Source: an uncultured Gammaproteobacteria bacterium (GTDB taxonomy: Bacteria; Patescibacteriota; Patescibacteriia; UBA9570; JBBTWU01). From it: a stretch of DNA of 62,421 nucleotides. A program made the position numbers and the translations under genes. Under the pieces are notes generated by a model. The model made no database searches. It was given only the letters and a program-made list of their open reading frames with translations, and was not told where the DNA came from. The DNA lies in assembly GCA_964364425.1 (NCBI GenBank), contig CAYIMB010000001.1, positions 72,941 through 135,361 of the forward strand, in the 5' to 3' direction. Positions 26,572-35,279 of the stretch are shown here, piece by piece. Position 1 is the stretch's first letter; the number at the start of each line of letters is the position of its first letter.

Positions 26572-26919
26572 TTGTTTCCCATTTCTTTACCTCCTATTCA
26601 TCATGGTTGGTATGAAGCTGTTGTTCAGGCTTTTGATCTTACACAACTTGAAATTTCTTATCTACCTCCAGAACAACAAAGCGTATATCAAGCCTGCGCC
26701 AGAATTTTTTATAAGATAGACAAGAATCACACTCGCATAGATGGTAATAAGAGAAGTACACTACTTTGTGTTTATTTTTTCTTATTCGTTAATGATATGC
26801 ACCTTCCTGTAACCAAGAAGGAGGAACTAGAAGATTTAGCTATCTATATAGCAAAGTTCACATTGGCGCCAGCCTTTTACCCCGCGGCTTGCCGCGGGGT
26901 TGTTGATTCGGTCCAGTAG
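26572..26919 (+). CDS. Doc/Fic-family (death-on-curing-like) protein, atypical
   Basis: HTRIDGNKRSTLL fits the Fic/Doc motif Hxxx(D/E)GNKR, with R replacing the usual F. It is followed by a Doc-like helix (LEDLAIYIAKF). The only in-frame start is TTG, with no SD, so it may be decaying. Confidence 0.45.
   Translation: MFPISLPPIHHGWYEAVVQAFDLTQLEISYLPPEQQSVYQACARIFYKIDKNHTRIDGNKRSTLLCVYFFLFVNDMHLPVTKKEELEDLAIYIAKFTLAPAFYPAACRGVVDSVQ
26879..26900 (+). terminator. GC-only 9-bp stem-loop (ACCCCGCGG-cttg-CCGCGGGGT) followed by TTGTTGATT
   Basis: Perfect inverted repeat read directly from the sequence. It lies within the last codons of the Doc-like ORF. Confidence 0.4.
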
Positions 26920-27153
26920 CTCTCCATTTGTTAGTGCTAAAACGGGGGGAATCATCACGGCGAAGAGAAATCCGACCACGAGTCCGCTGACCCCAAATTT
27001 TATTTTATCTTTCATAAGCGTGCTTAAATAAATCTTACATGGATAACACTATTTAATACCCACTATAGCATTCTTTAAAGGGGAGAGATAATAAAACAAA
27101 TCTAATGTGTCGCACAATATACATTTTACGAACCATAGAGCTGTATGATCCCC

Positions 27154-27169
27154 TGTAAATCGATATTTT
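27154..27169. repeat. palindromic-motif copy and right 12-bp direct repeat (27155-27166)
   Basis: TGTAAATCGATATTTT, located 50 nt downstream of the zinc-ribbon gene stop. Confidence 0.7.
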
Positions 27170-27215
27170 TGAAAAAGGGGTTATTTCTTCCCTAGTACTG
27201 TTAGATCTATGGTGC

Positions 27216-27464
27216 TCAGGATGGTTGGTGGCAGTACACCGTGTCTTCAGGTTTGCGAATAAACGAGATAATAATCTCCTTACCACACTTGTCACAGGTA
27301 GACTTGGTCAGTAACCGTGGGTTACGCATGGCGTTACGCCTAGCTTGGCGGTCTGCTGGGCATTCCACGGGCAGTGGCCAGCCTTGTTCTTCAAGCAAAG
27401 CCTGTTCCTGATCTATGATCAAGAAATCTTTGTGACAGGTGGTACAAGTTCTTTTTTGGCTCAT
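27216..27464 (-). CDS. small tandem zinc-ribbon protein (zf-trcl-like)
   Basis: ATG 27464 gives MSQKRTCTTCHKDFLIIDQEQALLEEQGWPLPVECPADRQARRN...CDKCGKEII..., a two-fold CxxC..F..E..F....G...P..C pattern. Starts 1 nt after the ftsQ stop. Confidence 0.65.
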   Translation of the reverse strand: MSQKRTCTTCHKDFLIIDQEQALLEEQGWPLPVECPADRQARRNAMRNPRLLTKSTCDKCGKEIIISFIRKPEDTVYCHQPS

Positions 27465-27465
27465 A

Positions 27466-28632
27466 TTATTTGATGTACGCACGGTCAGTGTACCGTACGT
27501 CAATGTAAGTAATACTTTTTGGATTAGGGACTTTTTCTCTGATAACTGTAGTGAGGTTCTCCATCTGAGCATCTAGATCTAGCTTGGAATCAAGATACAC
27601 CAAAAATCCAGCTTGGTCTCCTTTGGTTCTGATGCCTACGTCACGCAAGACCGTCTTCAAATCACAGGCTGCAGCCACGTATTGGGCTTTAAATGCGATT
27701 ACAGCGTCTTCCTGGGCTTGCTTGGTCTGTGAACTAGCATCCTCACCTAAACGAATGTCTTGGATGAGTTGTAAGCTGGTATCAATGTCGATTTCCCCGG
27801 ATTGAAAACGTTCTTGAATATCTCTGATCTTTTGTTTCGTCTCTGAATCCTGTGTCTGTGAAAGTTCATTTTCAATGGCTTGTTCGGCGACGAATTGTTT
27901 TTGTTGGCAAGTGATGGTAGGGATTTCAAAGTGATCAATTTCCAGGTTAGTGCCTGGAGTAAATCGAGTTTGTAGTTCACGTAAGAAATCTACATATTCA
28001 GCAGTAACGATTTGCTGCTTAGCTTGCACCGGTGTTTGATTTTGGTCTATGACTGTTGGAAGATTCAAGTCACGTTCTTCTTCCGTGGCGTACGGCTGAA
28101 CAATTACACCTTCAGGGTCCAGGACGTACCAGGTATCACCGCTGACCCAGTTCATGGAAGGGACACGTTCACGCAAGTGAATGCTCAAGGTGTTAGGAAA
28201 CTTTTTTGTGACAGTCAGCTCGTCTATGGCCATGGATTGTTTGATCTGTTGACGTAACAGGGTTTCTACGACAGAGGTTCGTACTGTCCAATACGAATCT
28301 TGTGGGATGAAACCCAGGGCTTTTAAGCCCAGAATAGAATTGGTTAGGGAATTTATTTCCTCTGTGGTGATGCGTTGATTTCCATCAACTTCAATCTGGG
28401 TGATTTGGAAGAAGGAGTGTTTGAGCATGAAGAATCCCCCACCACCAAAAATTAAAATGGCGGCAATTAAAAAAGCCCAACCATCTTTCCGTAGCCAACT
28501 GGTAGCTGCAGAAGTTTTTTTTGGTATTACTTTAGGAAAATACGGATTAGCATACTTAGGGGCTTCTGAAGCCGGCTTGAGCATACGCTGAATCCGAGCG
28601 GTTTTATTAGGCCTAAAGATTGAAAGTTTCAT
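27466..28632 (-). CDS. ftsQ: FtsQ/DivIB-like cell-division protein (TM + POTRA) with a long C-terminal extension
   Basis: 388 aa with TM WAFLIAAILIFGGGGFFML followed by FFQITQIEVDGNQRITTEEI (POTRA-like). GGAGGAG SD lies just upstream. Confidence 0.7.
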   Translation of the reverse strand: MKLSIFRPNKTARIQRMLKPASEAPKYANPYFPKVIPKKTSAATSWLRKDGWAFLIAAILIFGGGGFFMLKHSFFQITQIEVDGNQRITTEEINSLTNSILGLKALGFIPQDSYWTVRTSVVETLLRQQIKQSMAIDELTVTKKFPNTLSIHLRERVPSMNWVSGDTWYVLDPEGVIVQPYATEEERDLNLPTVIDQNQTPVQAKQQIVTAEYVDFLRELQTRFTPGTNLEIDHFEIPTITCQQKQFVAEQAIENELSQTQDSETKQKIRDIQERFQSGEIDIDTSLQLIQDIRLGEDASSQTKQAQEDAVIAFKAQYVAAACDLKTVLRDVGIRTKGDQAGFLVYLDSKLDLDAQMENLTTVIREKVPNPKSITYIDVRYTDRAYIK

Positions 28633-28660
28633 GCTCCTCCCCTACTTTGGGTCTGTATGG

Positions 28661-29923
28661 TTAGACTTGGCCAATCACCTTTTTTCCATTCATATACGGC
28701 TGCAGAGCAGCCGGAATTTGAATGGTTCCATCTTGGTTTTGATTATTTTCTAAGATGGCAATGATGGTACGAGGAATGGCAACAGCTGTTCCGTTTAACA
28801 TATGCACAAACTGAGACTTTTTGCCCTCTTTGTATTTAATCTGAAGCCGTCTGGCTTGAAAGTCAGTCAAGTTTGATGTGCTGGTTAATTCGCCGTATGC
28901 GTTCTTAAATGGCATCCACCCCTCAATATCAAACTTTCTGTAGGCTGGACCACCTAAGTCTGCTGAGGCGTTATCTATCACTTGATATGGAATTTCTAAG
29001 GCTTGGAAAATAGATTCTTCAACGGCTAACAAATCTGTGTGGAACTGCTCAGATTGTTCTGGTGTACAGAAGACAAACAGTTCTACTTTAGTAAACTGAT
29101 GAATGCGGTACAGACCGCGCGATTCTTTTCCATACGCTCCAGATTCAGTTCTGAAACAGTGAGACACGCCAACGTACTTTTTTGGTAAATCAGCAGCCTC
29201 AAACGTGGTTTTTTGATGATAGCCTCCAATGGTAATCTCAGCTGTTCCAATCAAAGCTAAGTCATGCCCTTCAATGGAGTAAATCTGTGTTTCTGGACCA
29301 CGTGGTTGGTACCCTGTGCCTTCTAGGACGCTTGGACGGGCCAGGTCAGGTGTCAGCATCAGAGAAAAACCAGCCTTCATGGCTTGGTCAACGGCAAATC
29401 GAGTTAATGCCATCTCCAATAACGCACCTTCATTTTTGAGGTAATAAAATTTTTGGCCTGAAACTTCAGCCGCGCGTTCAAAGTCCATCAAGTCCCATTT
29501 CTCACCAAGTTCTAAGTGCGTACGTGGCGCAAAGTCAAAGTGAGTTGGTTTTTCCCAAGTGTGCAGAATTTTATTTTTGTCTTCACCACCAATTGGAGTG
29601 TCAGGATGCGTGAGGTTTGGAATGGTCATCCAAATATTCCGCCAGTCTGTTTCTATGGTTTGCAATTCCGCTTCAGCTTGCTGAACCTGTTCTTTCAATT
29701 GTTTTGCTTTAGCCGCTAAGCCAGGTTTTTCTTCTTTATTGGCTTTTGGCATGTGTTCAGCAATGGAATTTCTTTCTCCCCGGATCTGTTCTATGTTTTG
29801 AATCAAGGTAACCCGTTGTTGGTCCAAATCTAAAAATTTTTCCAAATCAACTTTGACTTTTCGGTTAGCACAATTTTGTTTGACCTCGTCTACGTGAGCT
29901 CGGAGGTAATCTAAATCAATCAT
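28661..29923 (-). CDS. serS: seryl-tRNA synthetase
   Basis: 420 aa with MIDLDYLRAHVDEVKQNCANR, an N-terminal coiled-coil arm and class-II motifs (FRTESGAYGKESRGLYRIHQFTKVE, LNGTAVAIPRT). Confidence 0.96.
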   Translation of the reverse strand: MIDLDYLRAHVDEVKQNCANRKVKVDLEKFLDLDQQRVTLIQNIEQIRGERNSIAEHMPKANKEEKPGLAAKAKQLKEQVQQAEAELQTIETDWRNIWMTIPNLTHPDTPIGGEDKNKILHTWEKPTHFDFAPRTHLELGEKWDLMDFERAAEVSGQKFYYLKNEGALLEMALTRFAVDQAMKAGFSLMLTPDLARPSVLEGTGYQPRGPETQIYSIEGHDLALIGTAEITIGGYHQKTTFEAADLPKKYVGVSHCFRTESGAYGKESRGLYRIHQFTKVELFVFCTPEQSEQFHTDLLAVEESIFQALEIPYQVIDNASADLGGPAYRKFDIEGWMPFKNAYGELTSTSNLTDFQARRLQIKYKEGKKSQFVHMLNGTAVAIPRTIIAILENNQNQDGTIQIPAALQPYMNGKKVIGQV

Positions 29924-29927
29924 ATGT

Positions 29928-31427
29928 TTAGTGTTGTTCAGGTCTCATGGTTGGGAAGAAGACAACGTCCCGAATACTTGGAGCTGCAGCCAATACCATG
30001 AACAAACGATCAATTCCCACGCCAAAGCCCGCTGTTGGAGGCAATCCATGTTCTAGTGCCTGTAAGAAGTCCTCGTCCAACATGGCCGCTTCTGTATCAC
30101 CAGCTTCACGCAACTTCATTTGGGCTTCAAAGCGTTCACGCTGGTCAATAGGATCATTCAGCTCAGAGAATCCGTTGCCTAATTCAGAACCTAAGGCCAC
30201 TATTTGTAAGCGTTCAGTCAAGAGAGGCTGATCCTCTTTGCGTTTAGCTAATGGGGACACTACCACTGGATGATCAATCAAGAAGCAAGGTTGCATTAAC
30301 TTTGGTCGAACGGTTTTTTTGTACAATAAATCAGTTACCCGACCCAAACCAATATTTGGTTCCAACTCAATATCAATCTTCGCTGTTTGAATAGCCGCTT
30401 TCAAACTTTCCACCGTTTGGTGTTCTAACAAATCAATGCCTGTTTCTTTTTTCACAAGTTCTGTGTAAGACAAACGAGGCCAGGGACCTTTCCAATTGAG
30501 TGTGTGGCCTTCAACCTTTGTTGCCAGACTACCAAATGTTTCTTGAATCATGCGTTGGTACATCCCTTCCACAAAATCCATCAGTTGGCGGTAATCTGCA
30601 AAACTCCAATACATTTCCATCATGGTGAATTCCTGCAAGTGGTCTCTATCCATCCCTTCATTCCGGAACACACGACCAATTTCAAAAATCTTCTCAAAGC
30701 CAGCCACGGTCATCCGTTTCAAGTGTAACTCAAGTGAGATGCGTAAGTATAAATTAATATCTAATGCATCATGGTGTGTGATGAATGGATTGGCTTCAGC
30801 TCCACCGGGAATTTGTTCCAACACGGGAGTCTCTACTTCTTGAAAGTGTTGTTCACTCAAGTAATTGCGCATGGACTCAATAAACCTTGTCCGCTTGTTG
30901 AACAGTTCGCGCACTTCAGGATTCATGATGGAATCCAAATAGCGGCGTCGGTACCGTTCTTCTAAATCTTGAAGGCCGTGCCATTTATCTGGAAGTGGAC
31001 GAATGGCCTTGGTGAGAATAACCCATTCTTTTATATCAACGCTTTGTTGTCCCTTTTGAGTCACAAATAACGTACCGGTGAACTGGGCAAAATCCCCGTT
31101 GTCCAAGAAGGCTAACCGTCCATACGCTTCTTCACCCACGTGATCAGCTTTGAGTACCATCTGCAATTGTCCAGTTTCATCGCTAAGAGTGATAAAGGTC
31201 AGTTTTCCATGAGCACGAATGGTGCGGACTCGTCCGGGGAGAGTAACCTCTGTTTTGTGTTGTTCCAAATCTGAAAACTGATCTACCACTTCACGGATCA
31301 TGTGAGTCCGTTTTGAGTGAGCAGGATACGGGTTGATGCCAAGTTTCCGTAATTCTGCAATCTTCCGACGCCGAATTTTTTCTTCTGGTTCAACCGGTGT
31401 GTTTGGTTGGTTTTTTGCCTGATTCAT
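29928..31427 (-). CDS. lysS: lysyl-tRNA synthetase, class II
   Basis: OB fold GRVRTIRAHGKLTFITL, plus FRNEGMDRDHLQEFTMMEMY and GFGVGIDRLFMVL. ATG 31427 (MNQAKNQ); the track start at 31463 is a CTG lying inside the greA terminator tail. Confidence 0.96.
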   Translation of the reverse strand: MNQAKNQPNTPVEPEEKIRRRKIAELRKLGINPYPAHSKRTHMIREVVDQFSDLEQHKTEVTLPGRVRTIRAHGKLTFITLSDETGQLQMVLKADHVGEEAYGRLAFLDNGDFAQFTGTLFVTQKGQQSVDIKEWVILTKAIRPLPDKWHGLQDLEERYRRRYLDSIMNPEVRELFNKRTRFIESMRNYLSEQHFQEVETPVLEQIPGGAEANPFITHHDALDINLYLRISLELHLKRMTVAGFEKIFEIGRVFRNEGMDRDHLQEFTMMEMYWSFADYRQLMDFVEGMYQRMIQETFGSLATKVEGHTLNWKGPWPRLSYTELVKKETGIDLLEHQTVESLKAAIQTAKIDIELEPNIGLGRVTDLLYKKTVRPKLMQPCFLIDHPVVVSPLAKRKEDQPLLTERLQIVALGSELGNGFSELNDPIDQRERFEAQMKLREAGDTEAAMLDEDFLQALEHGLPPTAGFGVGIDRLFMVLAAAPSIRDVVFFPTMRPEQH

Positions 31428-31471
31428 AGCTATGAGTATGAAGGTTTTATTCAGTAAAATCAATGGGGAGG

Positions 31472-31501
31472 GCCTCTTCAGCCGCTCCCCATCATTTTCT
31501 C
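31472..31501 (-). terminator. rho-independent terminator after greA
   Basis: ATGGGGAG / CTCCCCAT stem plus an inner GGC/GCC pairing. On the minus strand it is followed by TGATTTTACTG. Confidence 0.55.
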
Positions 31502-31523
31502 TTACTTTGGTGTGCTTTTTGGT

Positions 31524-31991
31524 CTATCGCACTTTAGTAATGGTGAAGTTGATGGTTCCGGCTGGAACGGCTACGGCTACGGTTTCGCCCTCTTTTTTAC
31601 CTAAGAAAGCTTGGCCTAAAGGTGATTCATTGGAGATTTTTCCGGTGTTTGGATCAGCTTCGGATTTGCCGACTAAGGTATACGTAGAGGCTTTGTCTTG
31701 TTCGTTTTTGACCTCAAAGGTAGATCCTATCTGCACAGCCCCTGTTTTCTTGATTTTGGCAATCACGGAAATGTTACGCAGGGTAGATTCCAATTCTAAA
31801 ATTCTAGACTCAATAAAGGATTGCTCATCTTTAGCCTCGCTGTATTCAGCGTTTTCAGAGAGGTCCCCGAGCTCTTTTGCTTCTTGAATACGTTCCGCAA
31901 TTTCCTTGCGCTTCACGTTCTTCAAAACATCCAATTCTGCCTTGAGTTTTTCAAGACCATCGGCGGTGATAAATGTCTGTTGATCTGTCAT
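31524..31991 (-). CDS. greA: transcription elongation factor GreA
   Basis: 155 aa from ATG 31991 (MTDQQTFITADGLEKLKAEL...GDLSENAEYSEAKDEQ). The track opens at TTG 32021. Confidence 0.93.
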   Translation of the reverse strand: MTDQQTFITADGLEKLKAELDVLKNVKRKEIAERIQEAKELGDLSENAEYSEAKDEQSFIESRILELESTLRNISVIAKIKKTGAVQIGSTFEVKNEQDKASTYTLVGKSEADPNTGKISNESPLGQAFLGKKEGETVAVAVPAGTINFTITKVR

Positions 31992-32042
31992 ATGGATGGA
32001 TATGATAATATCATATGCCAAAAGGTGTCAACCCCCTCCAAT

Positions 32043-33971
32043 TTATTGCTGTTGAGCAATGTAATAATTCAGCATATCTCTGGCCACTGGAAGCGCTGCC
32101 TCGGTCCCCTCTCCCCCCTCTTCCACCAGCACCGTCACCACAATTGAAGGATCATCATACGGACCAAATACTGTTACCCAAGAATGTGGAATATCTGATC
32201 CACCATGTTGCGCCGTTCCCGTTTTGGCGGCCATAGGCCAGGCCAGTCCTCCTAAGCCCCTGGCGCTCCCTGAGGTCACCGCTTGGCGCATTCCCTCTCT
32301 GACCACGCGCAGGTACTGGTCTTCAATGACACTGGTCGCTAAGGCCTCAGGAATGACATCTGTGCGCTCTGTGCCGTCCTGGGAGACTATGGTTTTTGTA
32401 ATATGAGGTTTCCATATAGTCCCCCCGTTGGCTATGGTGGCTGTATAAGAAGCTACTTGGAGTGGGGTAACTAATATATCACCTTGACCAATGGCTAAAT
32501 GGTAGGTATCACCAATGTACCACAGCTCATTTTTGGTTTCTTCTTTCCAGGCTTTGCTAGGGAGAAAACCTGTTTGCTCGCCGGGTAGGTCGATTTGCAG
32601 CACGCGAGCCAACCCAAATTTTTTGGCGTACTCTACAATTCTATCTACACCTAAGCCGGTGGTGGTTTCATTATCCCCGCCACCCAGTAAATAGAAGAAC
32701 GTGTTGACTGAATCTGCTAAGGCTTTGTGCACGTCCGTCACCCCGTGTCCCCCGGCCCGCCAGTCCGGGAAAAAATTTCCGTTAATGTCAATCCCACCAA
32801 CCGACAAAACCGTACTGGAAGGAGTGATAACGTGTTCGGCTAAACCGGCGGCAGCGACTACAGGTTTAAAGGTGGAACCTGAGGGATACTCACCAGAGAT
32901 GGTGCGGTTGAATAATGGCTTACGTTCATCATTGATCAGTTGGGAATACTCATCTTGGGTGATGCCGCGAGCAAACCATTCGTTGTCAAAAGTTGGAGCA
33001 GTGGCTAGAGCCAAAATTTCACCGCTGTTTACATCCATGGCAATGGCCGCACCGCCCGGACTATTTTTTTGTTTAACCATGTCATCTAATGCTGTTTGTG
33101 TCACGTGTTGCAAGCCGCTGTCTATGGATAAGAAAATATTTTTTCCTGGAATAGCACCTGTGCTGGAGACAACGGCTTGTTCTTTCCCTTGGGCATTTAC
33201 TTCCGTGACTCTCTTCCCGTCTGTGCCCTTTAAAACTTCTTCGTAAGTAGATTCTACGCCAGTCTTTCCAATGACCGCGTCAAACGAATAGTCATCATTT
33301 TTGGTTAATAATTCTTTCCACTCATCCATGTTGATTTTGCCCATGTACCCCAGGATAGCAGACCAGGTGGTGCCATCCGTGTAGCTGCGTCTGAACCCAG
33401 TTTCTACTCTTACTCCGGGCACGGATTGCAAGTCCACCATCAGTCGGGTAGCCGTAAGGTATTCAACGTGTTCCAGCAAAGTGGCGCTGGGTTGGGAGAT
33501 GGGAGTTTCCTCTACCAACTGTCTTACCTCTTCAATGGGAATGTGTGTATACAAAGAGATGGTCTGAACGGTTTGGTCAAGCTCCTCGTCTTGTCTAGGC
33601 AGGTCTTTGGGGATCAAGACTACGGTGAAATCAGGAACGTTTTTAACTAGCTGCAGACCATTTCTGTCAAAGAACACGCCGCGCGCCGCAGCAATGCGGT
33701 GTTCACGTAAACGATTTCCTTCAGCTTGTCTCAACAGTTCGTCTCCTTGAACTCCTTGCAAGTATCCTAAGCGGGCGAATAGTATACCAAACACACAGAC
33801 CACTCCAATTCCGACCCAGCGTAGGCGTTTGAGTGAGGACGAAGATGAACTTGATCCCCGCATGCCTACTGATTCAAGTGGGATTTGGTCAATTTGCATT
33901 TCTGCACGTGAAGTATCTACAAAGTCTTCTTTGTGTCGGTGTTTGTCATACAACTCAAATGGATTACGCAT
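32043..33971 (-). CDS. mrdA: penicillin-binding protein 2 (elongation-specific class B transpeptidase)
   Basis: 642 aa with an N-terminal TM and the motifs SGSTFKP (SxxK), DSVN (SxN) and KTGTA (KTG). Immediately follows mreBCD. Confidence 0.92.
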   Translation of the reverse strand: MRNPFELYDKHRHKEDFVDTSRAEMQIDQIPLESVGMRGSSSSSSSLKRLRWVGIGVVCVFGILFARLGYLQGVQGDELLRQAEGNRLREHRIAAARGVFFDRNGLQLVKNVPDFTVVLIPKDLPRQDEELDQTVQTISLYTHIPIEEVRQLVEETPISQPSATLLEHVEYLTATRLMVDLQSVPGVRVETGFRRSYTDGTTWSAILGYMGKINMDEWKELLTKNDDYSFDAVIGKTGVESTYEEVLKGTDGKRVTEVNAQGKEQAVVSSTGAIPGKNIFLSIDSGLQHVTQTALDDMVKQKNSPGGAAIAMDVNSGEILALATAPTFDNEWFARGITQDEYSQLINDERKPLFNRTISGEYPSGSTFKPVVAAAGLAEHVITPSSTVLSVGGIDINGNFFPDWRAGGHGVTDVHKALADSVNTFFYLLGGGDNETTTGLGVDRIVEYAKKFGLARVLQIDLPGEQTGFLPSKAWKEETKNELWYIGDTYHLAIGQGDILVTPLQVASYTATIANGGTIWKPHITKTIVSQDGTERTDVIPEALATSVIEDQYLRVVREGMRQAVTSGSARGLGGLAWPMAAKTGTAQHGGSDIPHSWVTVFGPYDDPSIVVTVLVEEGGEGTEAALPVARDMLNYYIAQQQ

Positions 33972-34473
33972 ACCGTTGTACAGGTCGAGTTAAAGCTAAC
34001 CATAACGGCCGAATTAATTTAAATACGGTAAAACTGATCCAGATGAGACCAACTTCTATCAACAGGTCCCAAGTAAAAAAATTTGGCGGTTGTATACTTT
34101 GGCGCTCAAATATCCACCAGATGAGGCCATAGATAAACAATCCGGTTAAGGCAATTACTACTCTATTGCCTGTTCCTCTACGGTGTAGCCACTCAACTGA
34201 AATGATCATCACGGTCAGAGCGGCCAGAGTATGAGCCAGAACAAAAATTCCAAACGCGTGGTTGGTGGAAAGATCTAAGAACATCCCAATCACACCACCA
34301 ACCACTAGCGGCCAAGGGGTGCTTTTTTGTAACGCATTCCAGAGTAATAAGACTAACGGTAAGTTCACCCAGGGGTGCGCGCCTAAATTATTGGCTTGAA
34401 TAAAGCCAATCTGAATGACCACCGCTAAGGCAAAAACCACCATTCGCGTTAATGGTCCAACCCACTTTCTCAT
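33964..34473 (-). CDS. mreD: rod shape-determining protein MreD
   Basis: 169 aa with about 5 TMs. Positioned between mreC and pbp2, with ATGA and 8-nt overlaps. Confidence 0.75.
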   Translation of the reverse strand: MRKWVGPLTRMVVFALAVVIQIGFIQANNLGAHPWVNLPLVLLLWNALQKSTPWPLVVGGVIGMFLDLSTNHAFGIFVLAHTLAALTVMIISVEWLHRRGTGNRVVIALTGLFIYGLIWWIFERQSIQPPNFFTWDLLIEVGLIWISFTVFKLIRPLWLALTRPVQRYA

Positions 34474-35267
34474 TTGATCACGACTGTTACTACGCGCACA
34501 TTTTGTGGATCAAACAAGGGGGTGATAGTGGCTTCTTGAAACAACCCTCCCGGAGTGGAGGTGACGTTAGTGATCGTACCAATCACCAATTCTTGCGGAA
34601 TTCGGTCATCTGTGCCGCTGGTTATGACCACCTGGTTTTGTTTTACCTCGTCCGTTTGGGGAATCAAGGTCATGCGTAAGGCTAGACCATGTTCTCCGGA
34701 AACCACACCTGGTGACAGGGAGTCATTTTGAATCTCAGCCGCAATGACAATAGATGGGCTGGTCAGAAGTGTAACAATGGAGCTGGCGGTATCTACTCTG
34801 GAAACCCGACCAACCAGTATTCCATCTTCTGACAAAACGGCTGAACCTTCCACCACGCCATCTTGAGATCCGGCATTAATTTCAACCGCATTTTGATCCC
34901 CATTTAATCCACGACCAATAACCTTGGCCGGAATACCAGAAGCTCCCACACCTGAAATCTTTTCAAGTTGGTGTTGTAACTCGCCTACTTCGCTCAAAGC
35001 GGTGAGTAAGCGAGTGTTTTCTACCAGCAGCGTATTAATTTGGCCTTTTAATACCTGATTTTCTTGTTCTACATCTTTTTTACTGACTTGTTCTTGTCCG
35101 CCAAACCAGGCAATGCCCAAACGATAAAAACCGGCTTGAGCCGGAGATATAATTTTTTGCCCTACCCATTCGACAGGGCTTAGTAAGCCAGTTACTTTTC
35201 CTAAAACCAACACCAATACTACCGCCAGGCTCCAAGCCAACAAGGTCCAGATTCTTTTTTTGCGCAT
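34470..35267 (-). CDS. mreC: rod shape-determining protein MreC
   Basis: 265 aa with a TM, a coiled coil (LKGQINTLLVENTRLLTAL) and beta domains (VVEGSAVLSEDGILVGRV, VVITSGTDDRIP). Confidence 0.88.
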   Translation of the reverse strand: MRKKRIWTLLAWSLAVVLVLVLGKVTGLLSPVEWVGQKIISPAQAGFYRLGIAWFGGQEQVSKKDVEQENQVLKGQINTLLVENTRLLTALSEVGELQHQLEKISGVGASGIPAKVIGRGLNGDQNAVEINAGSQDGVVEGSAVLSEDGILVGRVSRVDTASSIVTLLTSPSIVIAAEIQNDSLSPGVVSGEHGLALRMTLIPQTDEVKQNQVVITSGTDDRIPQELVIGTITNVTSTPGGLFQEATITPLFDPQNVRVVTVVIK

Positions 35268-35279
35268 ATAGCCTGTTGA

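Larger units (their letters stand above)
26241..27166. other. AT-rich accessory islet bounded by exact 12-bp direct repeats
   Basis: Clearly lower GC than its neighbours by eye (mid-30s %). Lies between convergent operons and contains only short or atypical ORFs. Direct repeats at both ends. Confidence 0.45.

Noticed and set aside
27053-27295. 80-aa minus-strand ORF overlapping the 3' end of the zinc-ribbon gene and running into the islet
   Set aside because: It is in a different frame from a recognisable gene, has no start signals, and its sequence is not protein-like.
27216-27464. Possibility that the zinc-ribbon gene was 3'-truncated by the neighbouring islet, because it ends ...VYCHQPS* where relatives usually have a final CxxC
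   Set aside because: The first half-domain also lacks its fourth Cys (CPADR instead of CxxCR), so this looks like a family variant. The stop lies 50 nt from the direct repeat, and no alternative frame restores a CxxC.
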